A stretch of DNA of 32,000 nt from Acidothermus cellulolyticus 11B. GTDB lineage: Bacteria; Actinomycetota; Actinomycetes; Acidothermales; Acidothermaceae. Below, one piece after another: positions 9,021-18,404 of this stretch. Every line of letters starts with the position of its first letter. The stretch's first letter is position 1. Under the pieces are notes generated by a model. It saw only the letters and a list, made by a program, of their open reading frames with translations. It did not search any database and was not told the origin of the DNA. The translations under genes and the position numbers were made by a program. The DNA lies in contig NC_008578.1 in the NCBI RefSeq assembly GCF_000015025.1, positions 780,001 through 812,000 of the forward strand, read 5' to 3'.

Positions 9021-9845
9021 ATGGTGGGCGCAGGCAAGACGTACCGGTTAGGCCGGATTTTCGGGCGTGATGGGCGGACCATGGTCCTTCCCGTCGACCA
9101 CGGGTTGATGCTCGGGCGAATTTCCGGCCTGGAGGATCCGGTCGCGATGACCCGGTCTGCGATCGAGGCGGGGTGCGACGGCCTGCTGATGTCCGCGGGC
9201 CTCGTACGGGCGACGGCGGAATTCTTCGCGGAACGAACAAGCCCGGCCCGGTTGCTGACGGTCGATACGCTTTTCTGGGACGATCAGGATGCCGCGACCG
9301 CGGCGTCGTCGGTCGTGGCCTCGATCCGGACGGCGGCGCGGCTCGGTGTGGACGCGGTGAAACTGCTGATGGCCTGGGATTTTCCCGCCGTGCAACGCAC
9401 AGCGACAGCGGCGCGGATCGCACGTGTGGTGGAGGAGGCGGACCGGTGGGAGATTCCGGTCATGGTCGAGCCGGTCACCCTCCGCGAAACCTCCCGGGAA
9501 CGGGCTGCGGAGCTGACGGTTGACGCGGCCCGCATCGCGACCGAGCTCGGGGCCGACATTCTCAAGGTGGCCTATCCCGGGAAACCCGAGCTGCTCGCGG
9601 CACTCGTGGCTGAATCGCGGCTGCCGGTGGTCATCCTCGGCGGACCTCGGGTCTCGACGATTGCGGATCTCGTCGAGGTCGTCGACGAGGCGCTTGGGGC
9701 CGGAGCGTCGGGGATCGTCATCGGACGTCAGGTCTGGCAACGCCCACCAGCCGAGCGTGCCGCGGTGATGCGGGCGTTGGTGGAACTCGTGCATGGCCGG
9801 GTGAGCGCTGCTGCAGCGCTGGAAGGGCTCGCGAGTGTCGCCTGA
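9021..9845 (+). CDS. class I aldolase, DhnA/FbaB/LsrF-like family
   Basis: VLPVDHGLMLG near the N-terminus and ADILKVAYPG later on, with TIM-barrel aldolase-like length. ATG 9021 is preceded by GGAAAGGGGA. The ORF is open from 8994. The 3' end overlaps the kinase start by 11 nt. Confidence 0.7.
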   Translation: MVGAGKTYRLGRIFGRDGRTMVLPVDHGLMLGRISGLEDPVAMTRSAIEAGCDGLLMSAGLVRATAEFFAERTSPARLLTVDTLFWDDQDAATAASSVVASIRTAARLGVDAVKLLMAWDFPAVQRTATAARIARVVEEADRWEIPVMVEPVTLRETSRERAAELTVDAARIATELGADILKVAYPGKPELLAALVAESRLPVVILGGPRVSTIADLVEVVDEALGAGASGIVIGRQVWQRPPAERAAVMRALVELVHGRVSAAAALEGLASVA

Positions 9846-11310
9846 CGGCGAACCCGTCTGGTGCGGCCTGGATATCGGGACGACGCACATCAAGTGCGTA
9901 CTGGTCGGATCGGACGGTTCGTTGCTGGGCATCGCCAAAACGGATACGCCGGTCGGGACGGACGGCGTCGGCCCGTGTCACGATCCGGAGGAGATCCGCC
10001 GGTCGGCGGAAGCGGTGATGTGCCGCGCTCAATCCGCCGCCCGGGTGCCGACCGTCGTCCAGGCGATCGGGGTGACGAGTGTCGGTGAGGAAGGCGTTCC
10101 GTTAGGCAGAAATGGGGAGGTGCTGTACCCGGCGATTGCCTGGTACGAGCGGCGTCCGTCGTCATCCGCCCGGCAGTGGCTGACGCAGCATCCGGGCGAG
10201 GAAATCTTTGCGGTGACGGGACTGCACCCGGATCTCGGCCTTACCGTGTTCAAGCTGCTATGGCTGAAATCCGAGCGGCCGGGCGTATGGAAGGCGTGTG
10301 ACCGCTGGTTGGGTATCGCCGATTACGTCATGTGGAAGTGGACCGGGCGGGCGGGCATGAGTTACGGTCACGCAAGCCGGACCGCGCTCTTCGACCTGGC
10401 GGCAGGGGGTTGGCGTGCCGAATGGGTGCCGGAGGTCCTGCCGCGCGGGCTGGACGCTTTACCTCCCCTGCTTCCCGGCGGCGGAATTGTCGGCCTGCTC
10501 AGAAAGGACGCCGTTCCCGGTCTTGTGACGGCGGCGGACACACCCGTCGTGGCTACCGGCCTGGACCATATCGTCGGAGCGTACGCCGCGCAGGTGACCG
10601 AGCCAGGGTCGGTGCTCGACTCGATGGGCACCGCCGAAGCGCTCATCGCTCCGGTGACCGTCGAGCAATTCCGGTCCGCATCGTATGAGCGAGGTGTCGA
10701 TTTCGGGGTCGCCATGGCACCGGACCGGTTGGTCGCCATTGCTGCGCTGCAGTCCGGAGCGGGGGTGAGCAGTATCCGGCGTCTGTTTGCGGGCCGGGAC
10801 GCTGCGGCGCTCGCCGAGCTCGATCAGCGCACCGCGGCTGTTTCCGTCGGCGCAAACGGGTTGTGTTATGTCCCCCCGCGGGTCAGGAGCGGACAGGGCG
10901 GTGCCTTCTTCGGTCACCGTTTCGACCACGGCGCCGAGCACATGACCCGTGCCGTCATGGAGGGATGGTCGCTTGCCGCGGCCGACGCCTTGGCGGATCT
11001 GGACGCCGCTGCGTCGGATGTCGTCTGCATCGGCGGCGGCAGCGACGTCACGTTCTGGATGCAAATGAAAGCCAGCATTCTGGGGCGGCCCATCCGCCGA
11101 ATTCGTACGCCGGAAATCGTCGCCGTGGGTGCCGCGCTGCTCGCCCGCCGCGCCACGCAGGCTGATGACGTCCCGGAGCGTGGTGTGGCGCAGGTCGATC
11201 TCACGCCGCCGGTCGATGCGTGGGTGGCGGCGTACGCCGAGCTGCAGCCGGCATTTCTGGAACGTGCCGCGTCCGTGCACGGTCTGCACGCCGGGCACGT
11301 GTATCCGTGA
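9835..11310 (+). CDS. FGGY-family carbohydrate kinase (xylulokinase/LsrK-like)
   Basis: N-terminal GLDIGTTHIKCVL ATPase motif and C-terminal VVCIGGGSDVTFWMQMKASILGRPI motif. 491 aa. Confidence 0.85.
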   Translation: MSPDGEPVWCGLDIGTTHIKCVLVGSDGSLLGIAKTDTPVGTDGVGPCHDPEEIRRSAEAVMCRAQSAARVPTVVQAIGVTSVGEEGVPLGRNGEVLYPAIAWYERRPSSSARQWLTQHPGEEIFAVTGLHPDLGLTVFKLLWLKSERPGVWKACDRWLGIADYVMWKWTGRAGMSYGHASRTALFDLAAGGWRAEWVPEVLPRGLDALPPLLPGGGIVGLLRKDAVPGLVTAADTPVVATGLDHIVGAYAAQVTEPGSVLDSMGTAEALIAPVTVEQFRSASYERGVDFGVAMAPDRLVAIAALQSGAGVSSIRRLFAGRDAAALAELDQRTAAVSVGANGLCYVPPRVRSGQGGAFFGHRFDHGAEHMTRAVMEGWSLAAADALADLDAAASDVVCIGGGSDVTFWMQMKASILGRPIRRIRTPEIVAVGAALLARRATQADDVPERGVAQVDLTPPVDAWVAAYAELQPAFLERAASVHGLHAGHVYP

Positions 11311-11461
11311 CGGGGGTACGGCGCTATCGGCCGGTGCGCAGCCAGCGAGACGATCCCCGTCGCGATGACGACAGAGAAATACTGCGGCCTGCCGAGCAGC
11401 ACCACCTGCGCTGCCGTGCGCGGTTTCGCGCGCTGGGACGTCATAGCGGAGCGGTCGTTCG

Positions 11462-12715
11462 TCATCCTGCGAAAAAGCGACGCAGAAAATCGTTCTGGAA
11501 CTTGCCCTCCGGGTCGTAACGCTCCGCGAGCGCGACGAAGTCGTCGAAGCGTGGATATGCCGCCCGGACGACGGCCGGATCCATGGTGAAGAGCTTGCCC
11601 CAATGCGGCCGCGGCTGCAGCGGAGCGAGCGCCCGCTCGACCTCGGAAACCACCGGCCGGACCGCCTCTTCATCAGCGATCCAGGTGAAGTGAAACGCGA
11701 CCGACGGCCGATGGTATGCCGGACTCAGCCAGAGCTCATCCGCCGCCACCGTGCGAATTTCGGAAATCTGCAGGACCGGCGCAATGCGGGAGCCGATGTG
11801 CCGCAGGGCGCGGTATGCCTCAACTGCGGCGGCGCGAGGGACGAAGTATTCGCTCTGCAGTTCGTCGCCGGCGCTGGGCGTGACGTCCAGACGGAAATGC
11901 GGCAACCGCTCATGCCACGGTCCGATCCGGCCGAGCTGCGGAGTGCAGTTCTCCGGGGGCATTCCGGGAACCGGGTTGTGGTCGCGTTCGGCCAACCGGC
12001 CGCCCCAGCGTCGCGCCGGTGGGTCCGGCCGGCCGGCGGCCACCCGCTCCTTCAGCCAGATCTGGCGGGCGGTGGGTGGATCCCAGGTGGTGAAAATGCT
12101 CACGCTGTACGCAGCAGAGGTGACATCGTCAAGGTCGGCGAAAACATTGTCAAGGGGGGCGTCCTCATATACCCACTGGCGCACGGTGAAAGTTGGTTCG
12201 GTAACCAGCTCGATTTCGGTGACGGCGCCCAGCGCACCGAGGTGGACCACGGCGCCGGGAAACTCCGGCGATTCGGCGGTCAGGTGAAAGACCCGGCAGG
12301 TGCCGTCGACGCCCGTCATGCCCGCCACGGCGGTGGCCAGGCAGCCGTTGCGGTCCCCCGAACCATGAGTGGCCGTCGCGCAGGCTCCGGCTATGGAGAT
12401 GTGCGGCAGGGAGCCCACGTTCGCGAGGGCCCATCCCGCCTCGTGCAGCGGGAACGCCAGGTCGCCGTATCGCGTGCCGGCGCTCACGGCGGTTCGTCCC
12501 GGCATGACCCGCACCTCGCGGGGCAGGTGATCAAGGGAAATCAGGGTGCCGGTAGTGTCGGCGATCGGATTGAACGAATGTCCGGTGCCGAGGACCCGTA
12601 CCTGATCAGACACCCGAATTATTTCGACGAGCTCGTCCAGATCACGGGGCTGAACGTAACGGCGCGGGCGGAACGCAATGTTTCCAGCCCAGTTGCGAAG
12701 CCTCGGTGCGGACAC
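11462..12715 (-). CDS. FAD-dependent alditol oxidase / sugar-1,4-lactone oxidase family (VAO fold)
   Basis: NWAGN start motif, VRVLGTGHSFN (the position of the covalent-FAD histidine in this family), LPHISIAG, PWHERLPHF and PHWGK. Close by eye to Streptomyces alditol (xylitol) oxidase. The start is set at GTG 12715, just before NWAGN as in characterised homologues. The ORF is open to GTG 12823, but that start would overlap the MFS gene by 64 nt. Confidence 0.85.
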   Translation of the reverse strand: MSAPRLRNWAGNIAFRPRRYVQPRDLDELVEIIRVSDQVRVLGTGHSFNPIADTTGTLISLDHLPREVRVMPGRTAVSAGTRYGDLAFPLHEAGWALANVGSLPHISIAGACATATHGSGDRNGCLATAVAGMTGVDGTCRVFHLTAESPEFPGAVVHLGALGAVTEIELVTEPTFTVRQWVYEDAPLDNVFADLDDVTSAAYSVSIFTTWDPPTARQIWLKERVAAGRPDPPARRWGGRLAERDHNPVPGMPPENCTPQLGRIGPWHERLPHFRLDVTPSAGDELQSEYFVPRAAAVEAYRALRHIGSRIAPVLQISEIRTVAADELWLSPAYHRPSVAFHFTWIADEEAVRPVVSEVERALAPLQPRPHWGKLFTMDPAVVRAAYPRFDDFVALAERYDPEGKFQNDFLRRFFAG

Positions 12716-12759
12716 CTCGACATCATAGGCCGCTCGCAAGGACGCTGCGGCGGACGGCG

Positions 12760-13974
12760 TTACCTGCTCGCTTGGCGCCGGCGGTTGAGGAGTCCCGTCG
12801 CGACAACGCTTGCCGCCATCCACGCCGCGGCATAGCCGAAGGCAACGGCCGGGGAGACGGTTGCGTAGAGAATTCCGACGACGGCGGTCGCGACAAGGTC
12901 GCCCAGCGCCTGGACACCGCCGAGCACGCCGAATCCGCTGCCGCGCAACCGGTCAGGCAGCAGAGCGGCGAAGAGCGCCGATTGGGCGGTCTCGGCAAGC
13001 CCGATTCCCGCGCCGGCAAGGATGAAGGCCGCCAGCAGCCACCACCACGCCGCCACACCGACGGCGAAACCGGCGTAGGCCAGCACGTACAGCGCGCCGC
13101 CGGCGGCGAATGCCGGCGCGGGGCCCGCGTGGTCGACCCATCGCCCGGCGGCGAGGGCGACCACCGAACCGAACGCGTTGTGCGCCGCATAAATGAGAAT
13201 CGCCAGACTCGCCGCAGCAGTCGCCGTTTCGCCGTGACCGGTGAGCACGTGGGTCGCCCGCAAGATGAGCAGGGTCGTCGCCACGTTGCCGAATTCGAAG
13301 AGCGCGATGGGCAAGAGCGCACGAATCACCCCGGCCTCGTGCAGAGCCCGCCAGGCGAACCGCGGTCGCTCCCGGCGCACGGAGTCACGGGCGCTGGCTT
13401 CGCGTGCCGCCACGCCAATCGCCACCGCGGCGAGAATTCCCGGCAGGAAAGCGACATAGAGCGCGTGGCGGATACCGATCCATGCCACCAGCCCGGCGGC
13501 AAGCAGCGGGCCAATGACCGCGCCGAGATTGTCACCGGCACGCTCCAGGCCGTACGCCCTCCCGTACGCGTGGCTGGGTGCCACCGACGCCAGCAGCGCG
13601 TCACGGGACGGGGAGCGGATGCCACGGGACGTCCAGGCGAGGGCACGCAGAACCCCAACCTGCCACACGGCCGTCGCCGCCCCGATAAGGCCGGTGGCCA
13701 ACGCCGTTCCGAGATACCCTCCGGTGGCAAGCCGCCTGCGGCGGGCAGGATCGTTGGCAAGCGGGCCGCCGAGCAGTTTGGCTACGCCGGTCAACGCATC
13801 AGCGAACCCCTCAATCAGTCCGAGCGCAGCCGCCGAGCCGTGCAAGACGCCGGTGAGGAAGCTCGGCAAGACGGCGGTGGCGATTTCGTGCCCGGCGTCG
13901 CTGAAAAAGCTGGCCGCGCCCACACTGCCGACGCCCGGAGTGAGCCAACGCTGCTGCTCAACAGTGGTCGCCAC
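12760..13974 (-). CDS. MFS transporter
   Basis: 404 aa with about 12 hydrophobic helices. Motif-A-like loop GGPLANDPARRRRL. GTG start preceded by GAGGAGGAG. Confidence 0.85.
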   Translation of the reverse strand: MATTVEQQRWLTPGVGSVGAASFFSDAGHEIATAVLPSFLTGVLHGSAAALGLIEGFADALTGVAKLLGGPLANDPARRRRLATGGYLGTALATGLIGAATAVWQVGVLRALAWTSRGIRSPSRDALLASVAPSHAYGRAYGLERAGDNLGAVIGPLLAAGLVAWIGIRHALYVAFLPGILAAVAIGVAAREASARDSVRRERPRFAWRALHEAGVIRALLPIALFEFGNVATTLLILRATHVLTGHGETATAAASLAILIYAAHNAFGSVVALAAGRWVDHAGPAPAFAAGGALYVLAYAGFAVGVAAWWWLLAAFILAGAGIGLAETAQSALFAALLPDRLRGSGFGVLGGVQALGDLVATAVVGILYATVSPAVAFGYAAAWMAASVVATGLLNRRRQASR

Positions 13975-13998
13975 GACGCTGCTCCTCCTCGGTATCCG

Positions 13999-16290
13999 TC
14001 AGATGCGCAGCGAGTAGTCGCTGCGGGTCCGGGTGAGATTCGGGTTGTAGTACGGGTCGTGGTCGACGTACGTCGCCCAGCGTCTGCGCAGCAGGCTCAT
14101 CTGACGAGGGGCGGTTTTCTCGACCTCGGGCTCCGGCGCGTAATGGCAGAGCCGCACGTACGGCAAGAGGACCGTACGGTGGCCGCGTTGCCGCAGGCGC
14201 AAGCAGAAATCTGCGTCACCGATGGCGCCGCTGAGTTCATCGTCGAAACCACCGGCCGCATGGAAGGCCTGGCACCGCACCATGAGACACGTGCTGCTGA
14301 CAGCGGCGACGTTCGACGGGATGAGAAGACGATTGAAGTACCCGGGGTGGTGGGCCGGGAAGCCGCGGAACGGGTGCCCGATTCCGCCTGCGATGCCAAG
14401 GACGAAACCGGCATGGTCGATCGTGCCGTCGGGGCGGAGCAGCACGGGGCCCACGGCACCGATCTCCTCACGCAGGGCGTACCCGGCCATTTCGTCCAAC
14501 CAATCTGCTGTGCCGACGGCGACGTCCCCGTGCAGAAAAACGAGGAGGTCGCCGGATGCGCAGTCGGCGCCGTGGTTCATCAGCCGACTCCGGCGAGCCG
14601 GCGTGCGCAGGGATTCGACCCGAAATCGCTTCGGCTCCTGCGTGTGCCAGAAAGTCAGAAGGTCGCGAAGCTGTTCATCGTTACGGCCGTCGTGGACGAC
14701 GATGACCTCGATGTTCGGGTACGCAGTCCGATCGAACAGTGCGCGGATGCAGTCAGGATCAATGACGCCGGTATTGGGTGCGGCGACCACGATGGAGATG
14801 AGCGGCTGGTTCGAGACGGCATAGTGGACGCGGAAATTTCCCCGCGCTTCCGTGATTTCCTCAACTGTCGCTACCGCTCCTCTGCGGTGCAATGCTTCGC
14901 GGATCGCACGGTGCGCGGCGGCGTATGCGTAGGGCTTTGCGTCGGCACTGGCGGCGGCGGATCCAGGATGTCGACGCCAGTGGTAGAGGACGCGCGGTAT
15001 GTGGTAGATGCGATCGGTCTGTTCGGTGAGCCGCAGGACGAGGTCGTAATCCTGGCTGCCTTCGAAGCCGAGCCGGAATCCGCCGATCCGCCGGACAAGT
15101 TCGGTCCGATACACCCCGAGGTGGCAGGTGTACATGTGGGAGAGGAGCAGCTCGGGGGACCAGTCGGGTTTGAAGAACGGTTCTTGGCGTACGCCGTCCT
15201 CATTAATCTTGTCCTCGTCACTGTAGATCATGTCAGCATCGGGATGCTCGTTGAGCAAGGCGGCTACGTGGAGGAGGGCGTCGGGCGCGAGTTCGTCGTC
15301 ATGGTCGAGAAGAGCAATGAAATCGCCCTGCGCGGCGTCGAGAGCGGAATTCGACGCCGCCGAAATATGTCCGTTCACCGGGCGGAAAATTGCCGTGATG
15401 CGGGCGTCCCGCGCTGCGTATTCCTCCAACACCTGCCGCACGTGGGGCGCACTCGACGCGTCATCAGCCAGGCAGAGTTGCCAGTAAGGGTAGGACTGCG
15501 CGAGAACCGAGTCGATGCAGCGGCGCAACCAGCGTTCGGCGGCGTTGTGCACCGGAACGAGTACGGAAATGGTCGGTGTCCGGCGGAGGCCGGCGATCGT
15601 GGCGCGCAGACGTTTCTGATCCGCGGCGCGCGCTTCGGATCTGCGGATCCAGACGGTGTACTGCCGGGCAAGCTCAGCCGGCGATGGTGCAACATCCGGC
15701 GGATAGCCCGGTGTGGCGAGGACGCGCGGCGCGCGCAGTCCGTCGGGTCCAATGAGAGCGCGGAGTTCGCTGAGCAGCACTGTGGTTCTACGGATGGTGG
15801 AACCCGGGAGGCTCAACCACCGGCGGTACAGCGCACGGGCGGGGAGCTCGAAACGGTGGACGCGTCGCACCGTCACGTCGTCGAAGGTGAAGCGGCCCGG
15901 CCGTTCCATCGGATCCAGACGCAGGCGGCAGGTGTCAGGGGGGAGGAAGAAGACGGCCCGCTGTTCCACTGGGCGGACGGTCGCAACCGTGCCGAGTTCG
16001 ATGCAGTCCGCTTCGTGGAAACCCGCGCCACGGTCGAGGTACAGACGCATCCGCATGAGCTGCCGGCTGCCGGCGCGCATGCGGAATTCGACCCAGCCGC
16101 TGGGTATGTGCCCGGCGAGCAGGAATTGCGGATCGATGTCAACGGCTTCCCATTCGGGCGATTCCGGAGCCTGGCGGACGCCGGTGACCGGGACCAGTTG
16201 CACCGGGCTGGGTTTTTCTCCGCGCAGGGCGGTGATGGCGCCGAGGAGATGGCAGACCCGGCGGACCCCCTGGGTCAGTTTCTGCCGCAC
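13999..16290 (-). CDS. glycosyltransferase family 2 protein with two tandem GT2 domains and an approximately 230-aa N-terminal domain of unknown function
   Basis: GT2 domain 1: ISVLVPVHNAAERWLRRCIDSVLAQSYPYWQLCLADDASS ... LLDHDDEL. GT2 domain 2: ISIVVAAPNTG ... IEVIVVHDG ... FLHGDV. 763 aa. Confidence 0.8.
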   Translation of the reverse strand: MRQKLTQGVRRVCHLLGAITALRGEKPSPVQLVPVTGVRQAPESPEWEAVDIDPQFLLAGHIPSGWVEFRMRAGSRQLMRMRLYLDRGAGFHEADCIELGTVATVRPVEQRAVFFLPPDTCRLRLDPMERPGRFTFDDVTVRRVHRFELPARALYRRWLSLPGSTIRRTTVLLSELRALIGPDGLRAPRVLATPGYPPDVAPSPAELARQYTVWIRRSEARAADQKRLRATIAGLRRTPTISVLVPVHNAAERWLRRCIDSVLAQSYPYWQLCLADDASSAPHVRQVLEEYAARDARITAIFRPVNGHISAASNSALDAAQGDFIALLDHDDELAPDALLHVAALLNEHPDADMIYSDEDKINEDGVRQEPFFKPDWSPELLLSHMYTCHLGVYRTELVRRIGGFRLGFEGSQDYDLVLRLTEQTDRIYHIPRVLYHWRRHPGSAAASADAKPYAYAAAHRAIREALHRRGAVATVEEITEARGNFRVHYAVSNQPLISIVVAAPNTGVIDPDCIRALFDRTAYPNIEVIVVHDGRNDEQLRDLLTFWHTQEPKRFRVESLRTPARRSRLMNHGADCASGDLLVFLHGDVAVGTADWLDEMAGYALREEIGAVGPVLLRPDGTIDHAGFVLGIAGGIGHPFRGFPAHHPGYFNRLLIPSNVAAVSSTCLMVRCQAFHAAGGFDDELSGAIGDADFCLRLRQRGHRTVLLPYVRLCHYAPEPEVEKTAPRQMSLLRRRWATYVDHDPYYNPNLTRTRSDYSLRI

Positions 16291-16349
16291 GGCCTGCCAT
16301 CACCCCACTCGACGCCGGGCCGCAGGTCGGACGCGGCCGACACCCGATG

Positions 16350-18404
16350 TTATCGGTGGCCCATGCCTGCGACGGCGGCGAGCAACGCGATGAGAGCGGC
16401 AAGCATGTACGCGAGGTAGGCCTCGAGCCGGCCCGATTGCAGCCGTTTCACCCCAGCCACGACCCGGCGCGTCCACCGGATCAACGGCCGGTAGAGGAAG
16501 GCGCCGACCGCTTCGACGACGTCGCTGGTGTATCCAAGCTGGACGTCGCCCACTCCCCGCTGTCCCGACCCGGCCCGGCCGCCGGTCGCCGCTTCCAGCG
16601 CCCGCAGCTCCGTGCGCGTGAGCAGCAACCCGGCAAGCAGTTTCCGTGTCGGGTTGGTGTACCCGAACGCCGTGTACCGGTCATGGCCGGCCACCCCGCC
16701 GGTCGCCGATCGCCATGCCGGTACTCGGCGGACTCGAAGCATGGCCAGCCGGGATCCCGTCAAACCGATTCCGGCGGCCAGCGCGAGGAACCCGGGAAGA
16801 ACGATCCACAGCCAGCTCGGGGAGAGGATCGAAAAGTCGGCGAAGACCGGCTGCAGCACCCATGGTCCGTTGAGCGCTTGCGTCACCAGGTCACGCCCGA
16901 CGAGCGGATCCAGTCCGGCCGCGATGAAGCGGATCACCTCGGGCGCTATGGCGGCCGTCGCGAGGCAGACCAGGCTGAGTATTGCGACGGCTGATCCGCC
17001 AAGCCAGCCGAGATCACCGCGTTCTCTATTGGTTGCGGCTTGGCCGTTGCGCTTGCCCAGGACGACGAATCCGAAGAGCCGGACGAACGTCACGCCGGCA
17101 AAGCCGGTGGTCAGCGCAACGAGAGCACCCGCGACCGCCATCGCCACCTTGACGGCCAGGCCGGTGAGCCGGAACTGCTGCATGAGCGCCTCGAGGAGGA
17201 ACCATTCGGAGACGAAGCCTGCGGTCAGCGGCAATCCCGCCAATGTGATCGAACCGATCGCGAGTCCCGCGCCGGAGGCCGGCAGTCGCCGTCCGATGCC
17301 GACCAGCTCGTCGAGGTCGTCGCTTCCGACGTGCCGCTCAGGACCGGCCGCCGATACGAAGAGCAGCGCCTTCGCCGCGGCGTGAGCGATGACCTGCAGC
17401 GTCGCGGCAAGCAACCCAACGGCGACCAGCCGGGGTTGGCCGACGTACCAACCGGCCAGCGCCACCCCGTAACCGGCGAGAATCAGCCCGGCATTCTCCA
17501 CGCTGGAGTAAGCAATTACGCGCATCAGGTGCGTCTGAACCGCGGCATGCGCGATGCCCAGGATCGCGGTGATGCCGGCGACCACCAGGACGGCAACCAC
17601 CAGCCAGACGGGTGGGCGTCCGAGCAGCGCCGCCGTCCGGTACAGACCGTAGAAGCCCACGTTGACGGCCGCGCCGGCAAGCAGCGCGCGGACCGGGCCG
17701 ACCGCCGCGGCGTAGGTGGGCGGCACCCACACGTGAAACGGCAGCAGCCCAACCTTGCTCGCGAACCCGGCGACGAGCAGGGCGTACGCGATGTCGTGCC
17801 GCGGGCCGAGGTGGACGGCGAGGTCGGCGAACCGCCAGCCGCCGGGACCCTGTTGCGGCGCGGCCAGCAGCAGGAATCCCACCAGGAGCAGGCCACCGCC
17901 GATCTTCCCGAAGGAGAACGCGGTCATCGCCGCCCGACCGCCGCCGGAGCGCTGCGGCGCACCCGCGAGCAGGTAGAAGGCCAGCGACAGCAGCTCCCAC
18001 CCGCCGACGAGGACGAAGACGTCGTCCGCTGCTATGACCAGTGCGGCGGCGGCCAGGAGGAGCGCGATGCCTCCGCCGATTCCGTGGCGGCGGAGCCCGC
18101 GTCTCGCCCACTCGGCGACCGCCAGCAGGACAGGGACGGCGACGCCGAAGCAGATCACCAGGAAGAGGCCGGCGAGGTGGTCGACCCGCAACCCGCCGAC
18201 GGGCAGCGCGAGAAGGCGGTGGAGGTCGGCGGTCATCTGACGGCCGGTCATCGCGCGGGCCCCGAGAACGACGAAGAGCGCGGATCCGGCGGCCGCGAGA
18301 AGCGGGCCGCCCATCCGCGCCGGACCGACCCGGATCGGTACGACGAGATCCCAGACGATTGCCCCGGCCAAGCAGGCAAATCCAGCGATCAGCAGTTCGA
18401 TCAT
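16350..18404 (-). CDS. HyfB/NuoL-like antiporter-type membrane subunit (proton-conducting membrane transporter family)
   Basis: The start is set at ATG 18404, which forms an ATGA overlap with the upstream stop (MIELLIAGFACLAG...). The Arg-rich 130 codons upstream look non-coding. Family hallmarks: GGWELLSLAFYLL, SKVGLLPFHVWVP and HAAAKALLF. 684 aa. Confidence 0.85.
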   Translation of the reverse strand: MIELLIAGFACLAGAIVWDLVVPIRVGPARMGGPLLAAAGSALFVVLGARAMTGRQMTADLHRLLALPVGGLRVDHLAGLFLVICFGVAVPVLLAVAEWARRGLRRHGIGGGIALLLAAAALVIAADDVFVLVGGWELLSLAFYLLAGAPQRSGGGRAAMTAFSFGKIGGGLLLVGFLLLAAPQQGPGGWRFADLAVHLGPRHDIAYALLVAGFASKVGLLPFHVWVPPTYAAAVGPVRALLAGAAVNVGFYGLYRTAALLGRPPVWLVVAVLVVAGITAILGIAHAAVQTHLMRVIAYSSVENAGLILAGYGVALAGWYVGQPRLVAVGLLAATLQVIAHAAAKALLFVSAAGPERHVGSDDLDELVGIGRRLPASGAGLAIGSITLAGLPLTAGFVSEWFLLEALMQQFRLTGLAVKVAMAVAGALVALTTGFAGVTFVRLFGFVVLGKRNGQAATNRERGDLGWLGGSAVAILSLVCLATAAIAPEVIRFIAAGLDPLVGRDLVTQALNGPWVLQPVFADFSILSPSWLWIVLPGFLALAAGIGLTGSRLAMLRVRRVPAWRSATGGVAGHDRYTAFGYTNPTRKLLAGLLLTRTELRALEAATGGRAGSGQRGVGDVQLGYTSDVVEAVGAFLYRPLIRWTRRVVAGVKRLQSGRLEAYLAYMLAALIALLAAVAGMGHR

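Noticed and set aside
12706-16419. 1237-aa ORF on the plus strand spanning the MFS, GT2 and start of the HyfB-like region
   Set aside because: It is antisense to three well-supported genes. The translation is Arg/Gly/Ala/Pro-rich low complexity with no recognisable motifs. Long stop-free antisense frames are expected in very GC-rich DNA.
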